Assembly (NCBI GenBank): GCA_003133065.1 | Contig: PKZM01000020.1 | Span: forward strand, 36,462 to 80,424 | Reading direction: 5' to 3' | DNA from: Acetobacteraceae bacterium | Lineage (GTDB): Bacteria; Pseudomonadota; Alphaproteobacteria; Acetobacterales; Acetobacteraceae | DNA: 43,963 bases | Shown: positions 26,932 to 37,210 of the stretch, piece by piece | How the letters are laid out: each line of letters begins with the position of its first letter | Position numbering within the stretch: position 1 is the first letter of the stretch | Translations under genes and position numbers: made by a program | The notes under the pieces: generated by a model | Database searches by the model: none | Told to the model about the DNA's origin: nothing | Seen by the model: the letters and a program-made list of their open reading frames with translations, nothing else

Positions 26932-26965
26932 AAAAGTTTTTTGGTGCTTTTTTTCATAAAAGAAC
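26932..26965 (-). repeat. AT-rich hairpin repeat locus 8 (degenerate solo arm)
   Basis: aaaagttttttggtgctttttttcataaaagaac. Confidence 0.85.
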
Positions 26966-27036
26966 ATCTTTCTCGCCTTCACCGCCGCTCTTCCCCTCCC
27001 GTCCCGCGCCTGCTATCAGGCGCCTCCCTGGGCACG

Positions 27037-27112
<76 letters not shown>

Positions 27113-27322
27113 TTGGCTCTGCTGCCCTATCCTGCTTCTGTCCGCGCGGCACGATCTGGTGCGCGCCATCAGGGACGCGACGTTGCAGCGCGGCAGTCTT
27201 CAGCCATGCTGACGGTTTCAAAGCTGGGCGCCGGAGAGGTCTGCGGGGCATGAAGGCGGTGCCTGCCGCCGGCTGGGCTACGCCCCTGGCCTTTCTGCGG
27301 CTCTGCCCCCATCCTTAGCTGC

Positions 27323-27829
27323 ATGCCCATCCAAACCGCCGCCAGCCAGGACGGCACGCTCACCTACCTCATCGATCACTCGCCCGCCGACCTTCCCACC
27401 GTGCGCGGCCGCGATCTCATGCTCGCCTGGGATCTGGCGCGCGATGCCGCCCATCGCGCCGCATGGGGCACCGCGCGCGCCTTTCGCTTTCGCCGCGCCG
27501 ATGGCAGTTGCACCGATCTCGCCCTGCACGACCGCGACGCCCGCTGCTGGGCAGGGGCTGTCGATCGTGCCGTCGGCATCGAGAGTTTCTACGGCCTGTC
27601 TGTTTGTCTGCGCCTGCTGGCGCTGGTCGATCTGCTGGCCCGCGCGCCGTGGGCGGCGCGCCTGATCGATCTGGCCGACGGCAGCGCCGCCTTGCATCCC
27701 GCCCTGCTGCGCCTGGCCGCGGAAACCCGGCTGACGGAGGACGCGCGATTTGACGAATCCGGCTTCCGCCACTGCCTGCAATCGCTGCCGGCCGGTCCTG
27801 GCCTAACCCAAGGAACTCCCCTCACATGA
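27323..27829 (+). CDS. Hypothetical protein
   Basis: 168-aa ORF with protein-like composition; ATGA overlap with the next gene. Confidence 0.7.
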   Translation: MPIQTAASQDGTLTYLIDHSPADLPTVRGRDLMLAWDLARDAAHRAAWGTARAFRFRRADGSCTDLALHDRDARCWAGAVDRAVGIESFYGLSVCLRLLALVDLLARAPWAARLIDLADGSAALHPALLRLAAETRLTEDARFDESGFRHCLQSLPAGPGLTQGTPLT

Positions 27830-28140
27830 CTGCCCCGCGCCTTCCCGCCATCGCCCTGTGCCTGTCCGCTTCGTCCGCGCTCAGCGCCTGCGGCTTCTCC
27901 CCGCCTTTGTCGGAGACGCAGCGCGCCGCGATCGACGCTTGCCGCAGCGATGCGGACCGCACCTATAACGCCCAAAACCGCTATCAACTCTCCGAGCGCG
28001 ACACCCGCGACACGCCTTTCTCCTCCACCGCAGCACCAACCCAGTCCGATACCCTGTCCGACCAATACGGCCACGATCAACTCGTGTCCGACTGTGTCAA
28101 TCACAGCGCCGCCGTGCCTGTCGCTGGCGGAAATCCCTAA
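27826..28140 (+). CDS. Putative lipoprotein
   Basis: Signal peptide with lipobox LSAC; two further Cys. Confidence 0.75.
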   Translation: MTAPRLPAIALCLSASSALSACGFSPPLSETQRAAIDACRSDADRTYNAQNRYQLSERDTRDTPFSSTAAPTQSDTLSDQYGHDQLVSDCVNHSAAVPVAGGNP

Positions 28141-28155
28141 CTGGAGACCTGAACC

Positions 28156-28506
28156 ATGAGCCGAATCATCCGCACCGACGCCGGCCCCATCCTGGCCCGC
28201 GCCGTCGAGTACCATGGCTTCGTCTATACCCAGGGCATGGTGACGCGCGATCCGACCCTCGATATCGCCGGCCAGGTGAAGGACGTGCTCGCGCAGATCG
28301 ACGCAGTGCTCGAAACCCACGGCACGGACAATACCCGCCTGCTACAGGCGCAGATATGGTTGAAACATATCAGCGACCGCGCTGCCCTCAATGCGGTCTG
28401 GTCCGCCTGGCTGCCGGAAGGTGCCGCTCCGGCCCGCGCCGTGGTGCAGGCCGAGCTGGCCGATCCCGCCTGGCTGGTGGAGATTATGGTCACCACCTGC
28501 AAGTAG
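28156..28506 (+). CDS. RidA/YjgF family protein (YoaB-like)
   Basis: QVKDVLAQIDAVL, AQIWL, LNAVWSAW, APARAVVQAEL, LVEIMV; GGAG RBS. Confidence 0.93.
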   Translation: MSRIIRTDAGPILARAVEYHGFVYTQGMVTRDPTLDIAGQVKDVLAQIDAVLETHGTDNTRLLQAQIWLKHISDRAALNAVWSAWLPEGAAPARAVVQAELADPAWLVEIMVTTCK

Positions 28507-28810
28507 GCGCCCCCCGGCACGGCGCCGAGCGTGCGACCGGGGACCCTCCTCCCATGCGTGGCGAATCAGCAATGGCAAGCTGTGTTTTTTTGCAACAGTC
28601 CTGGGTGAACGTGTTGGTACCCGGCACACGCTTACGGAATTATGCTATATTGTTGGCATTAGGAAATAAGGCCTAAATTCAGCTATCACACACAGCCCTA
28701 AATGAGTTAATATGCTCACGGATCGCCGAGCCGTGATGTAAACGGTTGCCAGGGTTGCACACAGGTTGTTACCGAGTTTGTCAGGCTCGAAGACATCACG
28801 AGGTGCGCGT

Positions 28811-29596
28811 ATGGCGGCTGGCGGTAAAAAGTTGAAAGCTCTCAGTGCGTTCGTGGCACTGTCCAGCATTGCCTGCTCAGCGCAGGCCGCCACCCATTCG
28901 CACCGGCACAGCCATCACGCCGCTGCCAACCGTGTTGCCTACCACGCAGTATTCTCCCACACCGGGTCTCACCACACCGCCGCCCACCATGGCGCGGCCT
29001 ACCGGCATTACAGCGCCATCCATGGTGCGCGCGTGATCCAGTGCGTGGCCTTCGCCAAGCGCGATGCCGGCATCGAGATCGCCGGTAACGCACGGGACTG
29101 GTGGGGCAACGCCGCCGGCATCTATGAACGTGGCAGTCGCCCGGAAGCCGGCAGCGTGCTGAGCTTCCGCGCCAACGGCCGCATGCCGCTGGGCCACGTG
29201 GCCGTCGTGTCGCGTATCGCCGATAGCCGCACCATCGTCATCGACCAGTCCCATTGGAATAGCGGCGGCATCACCCGCGATATCGAGGTGAAGGACGTCT
29301 CCGAGAATAACGACTGGACCGCGGTGCGCGTGCAACTCGGCCATGGCGGCGGCTTCGGCAGCATCTATCCCACCCATGGCTTCATCTATCCCCGCCCCGA
29401 CCGGGGCGAAGTTCTCGCCAACGACAGCCACGCGCCGATGCCCATTCTCACCGCCGCGCCCGCCGATCTGCGCGGCCGCCATGTTCGTATCCGCCACGCC
29501 GACATGGAAGTGGCCGAGGCGCCCGAGGCGGCACATGCGCTGGATCTGACGGTGCAGGGGATCTCGTTCGATGCGCCTAATCGGAGCCTGAGGTAA
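28811..29596 (+). CDS. Secreted CHAP-domain protein (putative peptidoglycan amidase/peptidase)
   Basis: Signal peptide, His-rich linker, QCVAFAK (Cys), GNARDWW, GHVAVV (His). Confidence 0.9.
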   Translation: MAAGGKKLKALSAFVALSSIACSAQAATHSHRHSHHAAANRVAYHAVFSHTGSHHTAAHHGAAYRHYSAIHGARVIQCVAFAKRDAGIEIAGNARDWWGNAAGIYERGSRPEAGSVLSFRANGRMPLGHVAVVSRIADSRTIVIDQSHWNSGGITRDIEVKDVSENNDWTAVRVQLGHGGGFGSIYPTHGFIYPRPDRGEVLANDSHAPMPILTAAPADLRGRHVRIRHADMEVAEAPEAAHALDLTVQGISFDAPNRSLR

Positions 29597-29736
29597 GGAA
29601 GGTCTTCTTTTTTGAAAAAAAGAAGCAAAAAACTTTTGTCCGGACGCCGTCCCGGCCATCCGACGCGCACACCACATTGCGCATCAGAACAGGTAAAAGT
29701 TTTTTGGTTCTTTTTTTCAAAAAAGAACTCTTTCCT
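29597..29736. repeat. AT-rich hairpin repeat locus 9 (inverted pair, 57-nt core)
   Basis: Forward arm 29597-29637, core 29638-29694, reverse arm 29695-29736; fills the whole gap between two convergent TAA stops. Confidence 0.95.
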
Positions 29737-30000
29737 TTAGTAGGTTACCGCGCGCCGCCCAAATACCGCATGGTAAATCACCAGCACCAGCACCGCGCCC
29801 ACCACAGCCACGAACATGCTGTAGATGTTGAACCCGGTCACCGGGGTCGCACCAAGGGTAGCGAACAGCCAGCCGCCCACCATAGCGCCCACAATTCCGA
29901 GCACGATATCCAGCAGCATGCCCGCACCGGTGTGATTGACGATCTTGCTCGCGATGAAGCCGGCGATCAGGCCCAGCACGAGCCACGCAAGGATAGACAT
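29737..30000 (-). CDS. GlsB/YeaQ/YmgE stress-response membrane protein
   Basis: MSILAWLVLGLIAGFIASKIVN, DIVLGIVGAMVGG, VAVVGAVLVL; GAGG RBS. Confidence 0.93.
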   Translation of the reverse strand: MSILAWLVLGLIAGFIASKIVNHTGAGMLLDIVLGIVGAMVGGWLFATLGATPVTGFNIYSMFVAVVGAVLVLVIYHAVFGRRAVTY

Positions 30001-30035
30001 CCGGAAATTCCTCTTTCTGTGAAGACCTGAGGCCC

Positions 30036-30060
30036 AACGGCATCGCTCCCGCAGGGTTGC
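30036..30060 (-). promoter_or_regulatory. Putative EcfG (general stress) promoter
   Basis: Minus strand GCAAC-N16-CGTT upstream of the YeaQ-family gene. Confidence 0.65.
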
Positions 30061-30071
30061 GCGCCGGCCGC

Positions 30072-30096
30072 GGAACATTGGCGTGCATGCCGCGTC
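30072..30096 (+). promoter_or_regulatory. Putative EcfG (general stress) promoter
   Basis: GGAAC-N16-CGTC upstream of the AI-2E gene. Confidence 0.6.
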
Positions 30097-30134
30097 TGGT
30101 CTCGCGGCGCCGCGGTGGCGCCACGGGATGAAGA

Positions 30135-32072
30135 ATGTCGGATCAGATTGCCACCCCATCTTCATCCCGGGCGCAGGTTCTGCCGCCGGAACTTCCCGGC
30201 GTGAGCAGCCTGCTCACACTCACCGTGTCGGTGGTGGTGATCGCCGCCCTTTATCTGGCGCGTGAGGTGCTGATCCCGGTGACACTCGCCGGCCTGCTCA
30301 GCTTCGTGCTCGCGCCTCTCGCCAGCCTGCTCCGCCGCATTCATGTGCCGCGCGTGCCTTCCGTGCTGCTGGCCATCATCACCGCGCTCGCCCTGATCCT
30401 GTCGCTCGGCATGGTGATCGAGCAGCAGATCGCCGATCTCGCGGTGGGTCTGCCGCAATACGAAACCACCATCGAGGCCAAGGTTGACACCCTGCGCCGC
30501 ACCACGCTGGGCCGGCTGGAAGAGCTGATGACCCAGCTTGGCGGCCGCTTCGATCCGGCCCCCGCGCACCCCCACGCCAGAAGCGCCCGCCCCGCCGGCA
30601 CCGCGCAAAACCCCATGACGGTGCAGGTGGAAACCCCGCCGCCCACGGCGCTGCAACTGGTGCAGAGCGTGCTGATTCAGCTGCTCTCGCCGTTGGGCAC
30701 ACTGGTACTGGTGCTGATCGTGTCGGTGTTCATCCTGCTGCAGAAGGAGGATCTGCGGGATCGCCTGATCCGCCTGTTCGGCTCCACGGACCTGCACCGC
30801 ACCACCCTGGCGATGAACGATGCCGGCCGGCGCCTGTCGAAATATTTTCTAACCCAGTTGGCGATCAATGCCACGTTCGGCTGCATCATTGGCACCGGGC
30901 TGTTCTTCATCGGCGTGCCGAGCCCCGTATTGTGGGGCCTGGTCGCGATGCTGGCGCGTTTCGTGCCCTATGCCGGCACCTTCATCGCCGCCGCCGTGCC
31001 GCTGCTGCTCGCCGCCGGTGTGGACCCCAGCTGGGGCACCACGTTTTGGACGATGGCGCTGTATTTCGTCACTGAGCCTGTCATGGGCCAGGTCATCGAG
31101 CCTTTCGCCTATGGACATTCCACCGGTCTGTCGCCCGTCTCGGTGGTGATCGCGGCGATTTTCTGGACCTGGATCTGGGGGCCGATCGGCCTGCTGCTGG
31201 CAACCCCGCTGACGCTCTGCCTGGTAGTGCTCGGGCGCCACGTCAAACGCCTGGAGTTTCTCGATGTGCTGCTCGGCGATCGCCCGGCGCTGACCCCGAT
31301 CGAGAGCCTCTACCAGCGCATGCTCGCCGGCGACCCGGACGAGGCCGCCGCCCAGGCCGAGGCCCTGCTGCGCGACCTCCCGCTTTCATTATATTATGAC
31401 GACGTCGCGCTGCGCAGCCTGCAGCTTGCCGCCACCGACGTGGCGCGCGGTGTGCTGGCGCGGGAGCGGCAGGTGCTGATGCGTGACGCGCTGATCGGCC
31501 TCGTCGAGGATCTCGACTCGCATGAGGACGTGGTACCCCCGCCGCACCGCGCCGATGACGGGCCGGCCGCCTTGCCGATGGCCGAGCGCAGCACAGTGTC
31601 TCGCCTGCAGCCGGTCCGCCTGCCGCCCGATGCCGGGGCGCTGCCGCCGCTGTGGCGCGGCGCCGGCCCGGTGCTTTGCGTCGGCGGCCGCAGCCCGCTG
31701 GACGATGCCGCCGCCGCCATGCTCGCCCAGTTGCTCACCAAGCACGGCCTGCCGGCGCGCCTGGTGCCGCATGATGCCGTCACCCGCGCCGCCATCGCCA
31801 CGCTCGATCCCGCGGGCGTGGCATTGGTTGTCATTTCTTACATGGAGGCCACGGGCAGTCCCGCGCATTTGCGCACGCTGCTGCGCCGGTTACAGCAGCG
31901 CCTGCCTGCAGCCGGGTTTGTCCTGGGCCTGTGGGCCGGCGACACCCCGCCGGAGCCGGGGCGGGAGCTGCACGCGCTGACCGGCGCCACTGCGCGGTCG
32001 CTGCGGGATTGTGTGGCTCTGTGTGTGGATGCCGCCCATGCGGCTTGCCTGCAAAGCGCCGCGGCTGGCTAG
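30135..32072 (+). CDS. AI-2E family transporter with C-terminal extension
   Basis: ALYLAREVLIP, EDLRDRLIRL, RFVPYAG, GHSTGLSP, WTWIWGPIGLLLATPLT, YQRMLAGD. Confidence 0.93.
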   Translation: MSDQIATPSSSRAQVLPPELPGVSSLLTLTVSVVVIAALYLAREVLIPVTLAGLLSFVLAPLASLLRRIHVPRVPSVLLAIITALALILSLGMVIEQQIADLAVGLPQYETTIEAKVDTLRRTTLGRLEELMTQLGGRFDPAPAHPHARSARPAGTAQNPMTVQVETPPPTALQLVQSVLIQLLSPLGTLVLVLIVSVFILLQKEDLRDRLIRLFGSTDLHRTTLAMNDAGRRLSKYFLTQLAINATFGCIIGTGLFFIGVPSPVLWGLVAMLARFVPYAGTFIAAAVPLLLAAGVDPSWGTTFWTMALYFVTEPVMGQVIEPFAYGHSTGLSPVSVVIAAIFWTWIWGPIGLLLATPLTLCLVVLGRHVKRLEFLDVLLGDRPALTPIESLYQRMLAGDPDEAAAQAEALLRDLPLSLYYDDVALRSLQLAATDVARGVLARERQVLMRDALIGLVEDLDSHEDVVPPPHRADDGPAALPMAERSTVSRLQPVRLPPDAGALPPLWRGAGPVLCVGGRSPLDDAAAAMLAQLLTKHGLPARLVPHDAVTRAAIATLDPAGVALVVISYMEATGSPAHLRTLLRRLQQRLPAAGFVLGLWAGDTPPEPGRELHALTGATARSLRDCVALCVDAAHAACLQSAAAG

Positions 32073-32081
32073 AAGGAAGGC

Positions 32082-32196
32082 AAGGTCTTCTTTTCTGAAG
32101 AAAGAAGCAAAAGACTTTTGACTGGCTGTCGCGGACCGAGCCAGCAGCGCGCGCCAAAGGGCAAAAGTTTTTTGGTTCTTTTTTTCAAAAAAGAAC
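32082..32196. repeat. AT-rich hairpin repeat locus 10 (inverted pair, 43-nt core)
   Basis: Forward arm 32082-32119, core 32120-32162, reverse arm 32163-32196. Confidence 0.95.
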
Positions 32197-32368
32197 ATTC
32201 TTTCTTTCTCTGCCCCTGAGCGTCTTGCCATCCCCACCGCCTGCGCCATAAACCACGCTCTCACTCCGTGATTGCCAAGAGGCACTGTGTGACGCGTTTA
32301 TTTGTCATCCCGTTGATGCCATACCGTTACAACCTGCCGGCCATCGCCGCAGAACGGGCGGCCGTGCC

Positions 32369-33151
32369 ATGCTGACTTTTAGCGACCTCGCCTATCCCAG
32401 CCTCGGCCTTGTGGTCGGATTGATCGTCGGCCTCACCGGGGTTGGCGGTGGCTCGCTGATGACGCCGCTTCTGGTGTTGATCTTCCACATCCACCCCACC
32501 AGGGCGGTCGGCACCGATCTGCTCTACGCCGCCGCCACCAAAACGGTCGGCACCCTGGTGCACAGCGCCAGCAGCACGGTGGATTGGCGCATTGTGCGCC
32601 GACTGGCCTATGGGTCGGTGCCGGCAACCGCCGTCACGCTCATATCACTCGATCAATTCGGCCCGGAGAGCCCGCGCACCGCGGAGGTGATCACCTTCAG
32701 CCTGGGCATTGCCCTCCTTCTGACGTCCATCGCCATCCTCTTCCGCGGCTGGGTCATCGCCCGTATCGCGCGCCTGGCGGGCGAACCCTCCGAGGGCACC
32801 GCCCTGCGCCTCACCATCATCACCGGCCTTGTGCTGGGCGTTCTGGTCTCCATCTCCTCGGTCGGCGCCGGGGCGCTGGGCGTCACCGCGCTGATCCTGC
32901 TCTATCCCCGCAGCAAGCTCGCCACTATCGTGGGTTCCGACATCGCCCACGCCGTGCCGCTGACGCTGATTGCCGGCCTGGGCCATTGGCAGATGGGTGA
33001 CGTGAACATGACCCTGCTCGGCCAATTGCTGATCGGCTCGATCCCGGGCATCCTGGTGGGCAGCTACCTCGCCCCCCGCCTCCCCGAAACCGGCCTGCGC
33101 CCCGTATTGGCCGTGGTGCTTGCCATCGTCGGCGGTAAATTGGTCTTCTAA
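32369..33151 (+). CDS. TauE/SafE family sulfite exporter
   Basis: GLTGVGGGSLMTP, AVGTDLL, SSVGAGALG, VGSDIAHAVPLT, LLIGSIPG. Confidence 0.93.
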   Translation: MLTFSDLAYPSLGLVVGLIVGLTGVGGGSLMTPLLVLIFHIHPTRAVGTDLLYAAATKTVGTLVHSASSTVDWRIVRRLAYGSVPATAVTLISLDQFGPESPRTAEVITFSLGIALLLTSIAILFRGWVIARIARLAGEPSEGTALRLTIITGLVLGVLVSISSVGAGALGVTALILLYPRSKLATIVGSDIAHAVPLTLIAGLGHWQMGDVNMTLLGQLLIGSIPGILVGSYLAPRLPETGLRPVLAVVLAIVGGKLVF

Positions 33152-33160
33152 CAGGACTTA

Positions 33161-34486
33161 TTGGACCCGTCCCTCATGGAATCACCCGCGGAGTCAATTG
33201 CCGGTCGGGAGGCGCTCCAGGCTAGTCCGCTGGATGGGCTGCTGTTTGAGGGCGTGCCGCTCACGCAGATCGCGCGCGCGCATGGCACACCCACGTGGGT
33301 GTATGGTGCGGGGACCCTCCGCACGCGCTTCCGCCGGCTGCGCGCCGCCATGCCGGGCGTCGCCATCCACTATGCCGTGAAGGCGCTCGACCACCTCGCC
33401 ATTCTCGCCATCCTGGCAGAAGAAGGTGCGGGGGCGGACGTGGTCAGTGCCGGCGAGCTGATCCGCGCCCGCCGCGCCGGCATCCCGCCCGATCGCATCA
33501 TCTTCTCCGGCGTCGGCAAAACCGCGCCCGACCTCGCCCTCGCGCTGGATCACGACATCGCGCAGATCAACGTGGAGAGTGCCGAGGAACTGCATCTCCT
33601 CTCCGCCATTGCCGCGGCCCGCGGTACCCGCGCCCGTGTTGCCCTGCGGATCAACCCCGATGTTGACGCCGGCACCCACGCCAAAATCAGCACCGGCCGC
33701 GCCGGCGACAAATTCGGCATTCCCATCGCCCAGGCCGCCAGCCTCTACGCCGAAGCCGCGGCGCTGCCCGGCATCACCGCCCAGGGCCTGGCTGTGCATA
33801 TCGGCAGCCAGATCAACCGCACCGCCCCTTTCACCGCCGCCTACACGCGCCTGGCCGATCTGGTGCGGCAGCTTCGGCAAACCGGCCATCGCGTCGCCAC
33901 GCTGGATTGCGGCGGCGGACTCGCAATCCCCTACAATGGCGAGCCGCAGGCCCGTCCTGAAGCGTGGGCCGCCGCTATCCAGTCCGCCTTCGGCGGCCTG
34001 GATCTCCATCTCGCCATCGAACCCGGGCGCTGGCTCGTCGGCCCCGCCGGCATCCTGCTCGCCTCCGTCATCCGCACACGGCGCCACGGCCAGGCCCGGC
34101 CCATCGTGGTGCTGGATGCCGCGATGAACGATCTCGCCCGCCCCGCCCTCTACGATTCCTGGCACGCCATCCTGCCTGTCGCCCCCGGGCACCTCACCGC
34201 AGATGCGGAACCCACCGACATCGTCGGCCCCGTATGCGAGAGCAGCGACATTCTGGCCCGCGCCCGTCCCTTGGCGCCGCTGCCGGACAACGCTTTTGTG
34301 GCGATCCTTGACGCAGGCGCATATGGTGCGGTGATGAGCTCTACCTACAACGCCCGCCCCCAGGCGGCCCAGGTGCTGGTTGACGCACGCGCGGGTCAGC
34401 CCGCCGGCTTCACCCTCATCCGGCCCCGCCAGACGATCGAAACCCTGTGGCGGGATGAGATCCTGCCGGAACCGGCCGGCGCCTGA
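33161..34486 (+). CDS. lysA: Diaminopimelate decarboxylase
   Basis: GTPTWVY, HYAVKA, DVVSAGEL, FSGVGK, RINPDVDAGTHAKISTG, HIGSQI, EPGR, VGPVCESSD, AGAYGAVMSSTYNARP. Confidence 0.96.
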   Translation: MDPSLMESPAESIAGREALQASPLDGLLFEGVPLTQIARAHGTPTWVYGAGTLRTRFRRLRAAMPGVAIHYAVKALDHLAILAILAEEGAGADVVSAGELIRARRAGIPPDRIIFSGVGKTAPDLALALDHDIAQINVESAEELHLLSAIAAARGTRARVALRINPDVDAGTHAKISTGRAGDKFGIPIAQAASLYAEAAALPGITAQGLAVHIGSQINRTAPFTAAYTRLADLVRQLRQTGHRVATLDCGGGLAIPYNGEPQARPEAWAAAIQSAFGGLDLHLAIEPGRWLVGPAGILLASVIRTRRHGQARPIVVLDAAMNDLARPALYDSWHAILPVAPGHLTADAEPTDIVGPVCESSDILARARPLAPLPDNAFVAILDAGAYGAVMSSTYNARPQAAQVLVDARAGQPAGFTLIRPRQTIETLWRDEILPEPAGA

Positions 34487-37191
34487 TGCCGCCCCGCCCG
34501 GCTGCCGCCAGCGTCCCGCCCAGCGTGCTTGCCGCCAAGATCGTCCTGTGGATCGAGGCGCTCACCCTGGCCGCCTGGCCCGCGAGTGCTGCCCTGGCCA
34601 CCCTGCTCGCCATCGGCCTGCTTGGCCTGCCCGCATTGCTGCCCGCCGCCCTGCGCATCGCTCTGCTCGCCGCGGCCGCGGCCGCCCTGGTTCTGCTGGT
34701 GGCAAGCGGTGCCGCCCGCTTCCGCCGCCCCGAAGATGCGGATGCCGAGCGCCGCCTGGAACAGGATTCCGGCCTGCTGCACCGCCCGTTTGCAACCCTG
34801 CGCGATGCACCCGCCGAAACGGCCCAGCCTGCTCAGCTGCATCTGTGGCGCCTGCACCAGCTCCGCGCCCGCGCGGCCATTGCCGGTATCCGGCTTGGCC
34901 CGCCGCGCCCGCTGCTGGCGATGCACGATCCCTTCGCGCTGCGTGCCGCCGCTTTGCTGGTGCTCGTTTCCGCCGCCATCATCGCCGGCCCCCAGGCGCC
35001 CGGCCGGCTTGCCGCCTTCCTGTTCCCTGGCCTGCCGGACGTGCTCAGCTCCGCCCACCCCACCATCCAGGCCTGGTTGGAGCCGCCCGCCTACACCGGC
35101 CTGCCGCCGATCTTCCTGCCGCCGGCCGGCGGAGACGTGACCGCCCCCACCGGGTCACGCCTGACCATCAGCATCACCGGCGTGCAGCGGCGCCCCGCAC
35201 TCTCCATCGCGGGCCATGCGGCGAAGCTGGAGCCGATCGGCGCCGACAGTTTTTCCGCCACCGCCGCGCTCACCAGCGGGGGCATCATCAGCATCGACCG
35301 CTTCTTCTCCACCCTGGCAAGCTGGCACCTGACGCTACTGCCCAACGAGGCGCCGGTGGCCGGCTGGCCCGCGCTGCCCGGCCGCGCGGGCACCTCGCTC
35401 TCCACGAAACTGCCCTGGCAGGTACAGCAGCGCTGGGGCGTGGCCGCGCTGCTGGCCGAACTGCGCCCGCAGGGCCATCCGGCCTTGCCGCCCCTGGTCG
35501 TTCCGGTGCCGTTGCCGGGCACGCCCAAATCCGCCACCGGGTCGGCCACCACCGACCTCTCCGCCAATCCCTATGCGGGCCTCACCATGACCGGCCGCCT
35601 GGTGGCGCGGGATGTTTCGGGTCAGACCGGCCAAAGCCCGCCGGTTGATTTCGTGCTGCCCGCCCGCACCTTCCGCCATCCGCTCGCCCGTGCCATCGCC
35701 GACTTGCGCCGCCGGCTCGCGCTGAACCCCGATCACCCGCAGGATGCAGCCGACGATCTGACCGCCCTGGCCGAGGCCCCGCAGGTGCAGCCGGTGCGCG
35801 GCCTGGCGCCCGCCGCCATTACCCTCAATATGGCGGCGATCGCCGCCGTGCTCACGCCCGATCCGAACCATCCGCAGCTCGGCCCCGCCGCCATCGCCCA
35901 GGCGCAGGGCCGGCTATGGACACTCGCTTTGGCTCTGGACGGCGCGCTCCCCGATGCCTCCGCCCGGGCGCTGGCCGAAGCGCGCGAGGACCTCAAGCAC
36001 GCTTTGGACGATCGCGCACACGGCCGGCTCACCGACCGCGACCTCGCCAAGCGCCTGGACGCGCTGCGCCAGGCGCTGGACAAACGCCTGTCCGATATCG
36101 CCCGCCAGGCGATGCAAAAAGGCGCCATCCAGAAATTCGACCCCAACACCCAGCACCTGTCCTCGCCGGCGATGGACCGGGCGATCCGGGAACTGCGGAA
36201 GGCGCTGGAGGAAGGCCGCATGGCCGATGCGCGGGACCGCATGGCCGAACTCGAACGCATGATGGACCAGCTCAACAACGCCCACATCATGACGCAGGAG
36301 GAGGCCCGCCAGCAGCGGGAGCAGGCCAAGCGCGGCCGCCAGCAAATGGGGGCCGCCCAGGATCTGGTGCAGCGCGAATCCAAGCTGTTGGACCACGCCC
36401 AGGGCCGCGCGCCGAATCTTGCCCCGCAGATTCCCGGCCTGCCGCAGTTCCAGAACTTCGATTTCAATAACCCGCAAGGCAACGGCGATCGCAACATGGA
36501 CCCCGGCGCCCCGGACCCGGGCACGCAGGATCCCACGGAAAGCCAGAATTCCCTTGGCTCCGCCGAATCTCAGCCCGGCGCCCCGCCCAGCGGGGGCATG
36601 GCCGATTCGGCGCCAGCCACCCCGCAAACCGCGCCGGCGCCGCCGGCCAAGCCCACCCAGGCCCAGGATGCCCGTACCCAGCGCGCCCTTCACCGCGCGC
36701 TCGATGCGCTGAAGGACACGCTCGCCCAGTCCGGCCACCAGCCGCCCCATAGCCTGGATGATGCCAGCCAGGCCATGCAGGACGCGGCGCGTGCGCTGGC
36801 CGAGCGGGAGGACCCCGCCGCCCGCGATGCGATCGCCCGCGCGATTGCAGCACTTCAGCAGGGTGCACAGGACATGTCGCGTCAGATGGGCCGGCAGTCC
36901 GGGTCCGCCGGCATGCAACTCAGCCTGGCACCCGGCGGCCAGGCGGGCCAGCAGGGCGATGAGGGTTCCGATGATCCCGGCGATGGCCAGGGCGGCCATA
37001 AGCGCGACCCTTTTGGACGCCAGGTGGATGGCAACGGCACCACGGCGGACGACCCCGATCTGCGGGTGCCCGATGAAATGGAGCAGGGCCGCAGCCGCGC
37101 CATCCAGGAAGAGCTGCGCCGCCGTGGCGCGGACCGGGCGCGGCCTAAAGGCGAACTGGATTACATCGATAGGTTGCTGAAGCCGTTTTAG
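34486..37191 (+). CDS. DUF4175 / TIGR02302-like protein
   Basis: ERRLEQDSGLLHRP, DPFALR, AWLEPPAYTGLPPIFL, FRHPLARAI, RDPFGR, RAIQEELRRR, ELDYIDRLL; coupled to lysA (TGATG). Confidence 0.9.
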   Translation: MPPRPAAASVPPSVLAAKIVLWIEALTLAAWPASAALATLLAIGLLGLPALLPAALRIALLAAAAAALVLLVASGAARFRRPEDADAERRLEQDSGLLHRPFATLRDAPAETAQPAQLHLWRLHQLRARAAIAGIRLGPPRPLLAMHDPFALRAAALLVLVSAAIIAGPQAPGRLAAFLFPGLPDVLSSAHPTIQAWLEPPAYTGLPPIFLPPAGGDVTAPTGSRLTISITGVQRRPALSIAGHAAKLEPIGADSFSATAALTSGGIISIDRFFSTLASWHLTLLPNEAPVAGWPALPGRAGTSLSTKLPWQVQQRWGVAALLAELRPQGHPALPPLVVPVPLPGTPKSATGSATTDLSANPYAGLTMTGRLVARDVSGQTGQSPPVDFVLPARTFRHPLARAIADLRRRLALNPDHPQDAADDLTALAEAPQVQPVRGLAPAAITLNMAAIAAVLTPDPNHPQLGPAAIAQAQGRLWTLALALDGALPDASARALAEAREDLKHALDDRAHGRLTDRDLAKRLDALRQALDKRLSDIARQAMQKGAIQKFDPNTQHLSSPAMDRAIRELRKALEEGRMADARDRMAELERMMDQLNNAHIMTQEEARQQREQAKRGRQQMGAAQDLVQRESKLLDHAQGRAPNLAPQIPGLPQFQNFDFNNPQGNGDRNMDPGAPDPGTQDPTESQNSLGSAESQPGAPPSGGMADSAPATPQTAPAPPAKPTQAQDARTQRALHRALDALKDTLAQSGHQPPHSLDDASQAMQDAARALAEREDPAARDAIARAIAALQQGAQDMSRQMGRQSGSAGMQLSLAPGGQAGQQGDEGSDDPGDGQGGHKRDPFGRQVDGNGTTADDPDLRVPDEMEQGRSRAIQEELRRRGADRARPKGELDYIDRLLKPF

Positions 37192-37210
37192 TTTCAGGGA
37201 AGAAAAGAAC

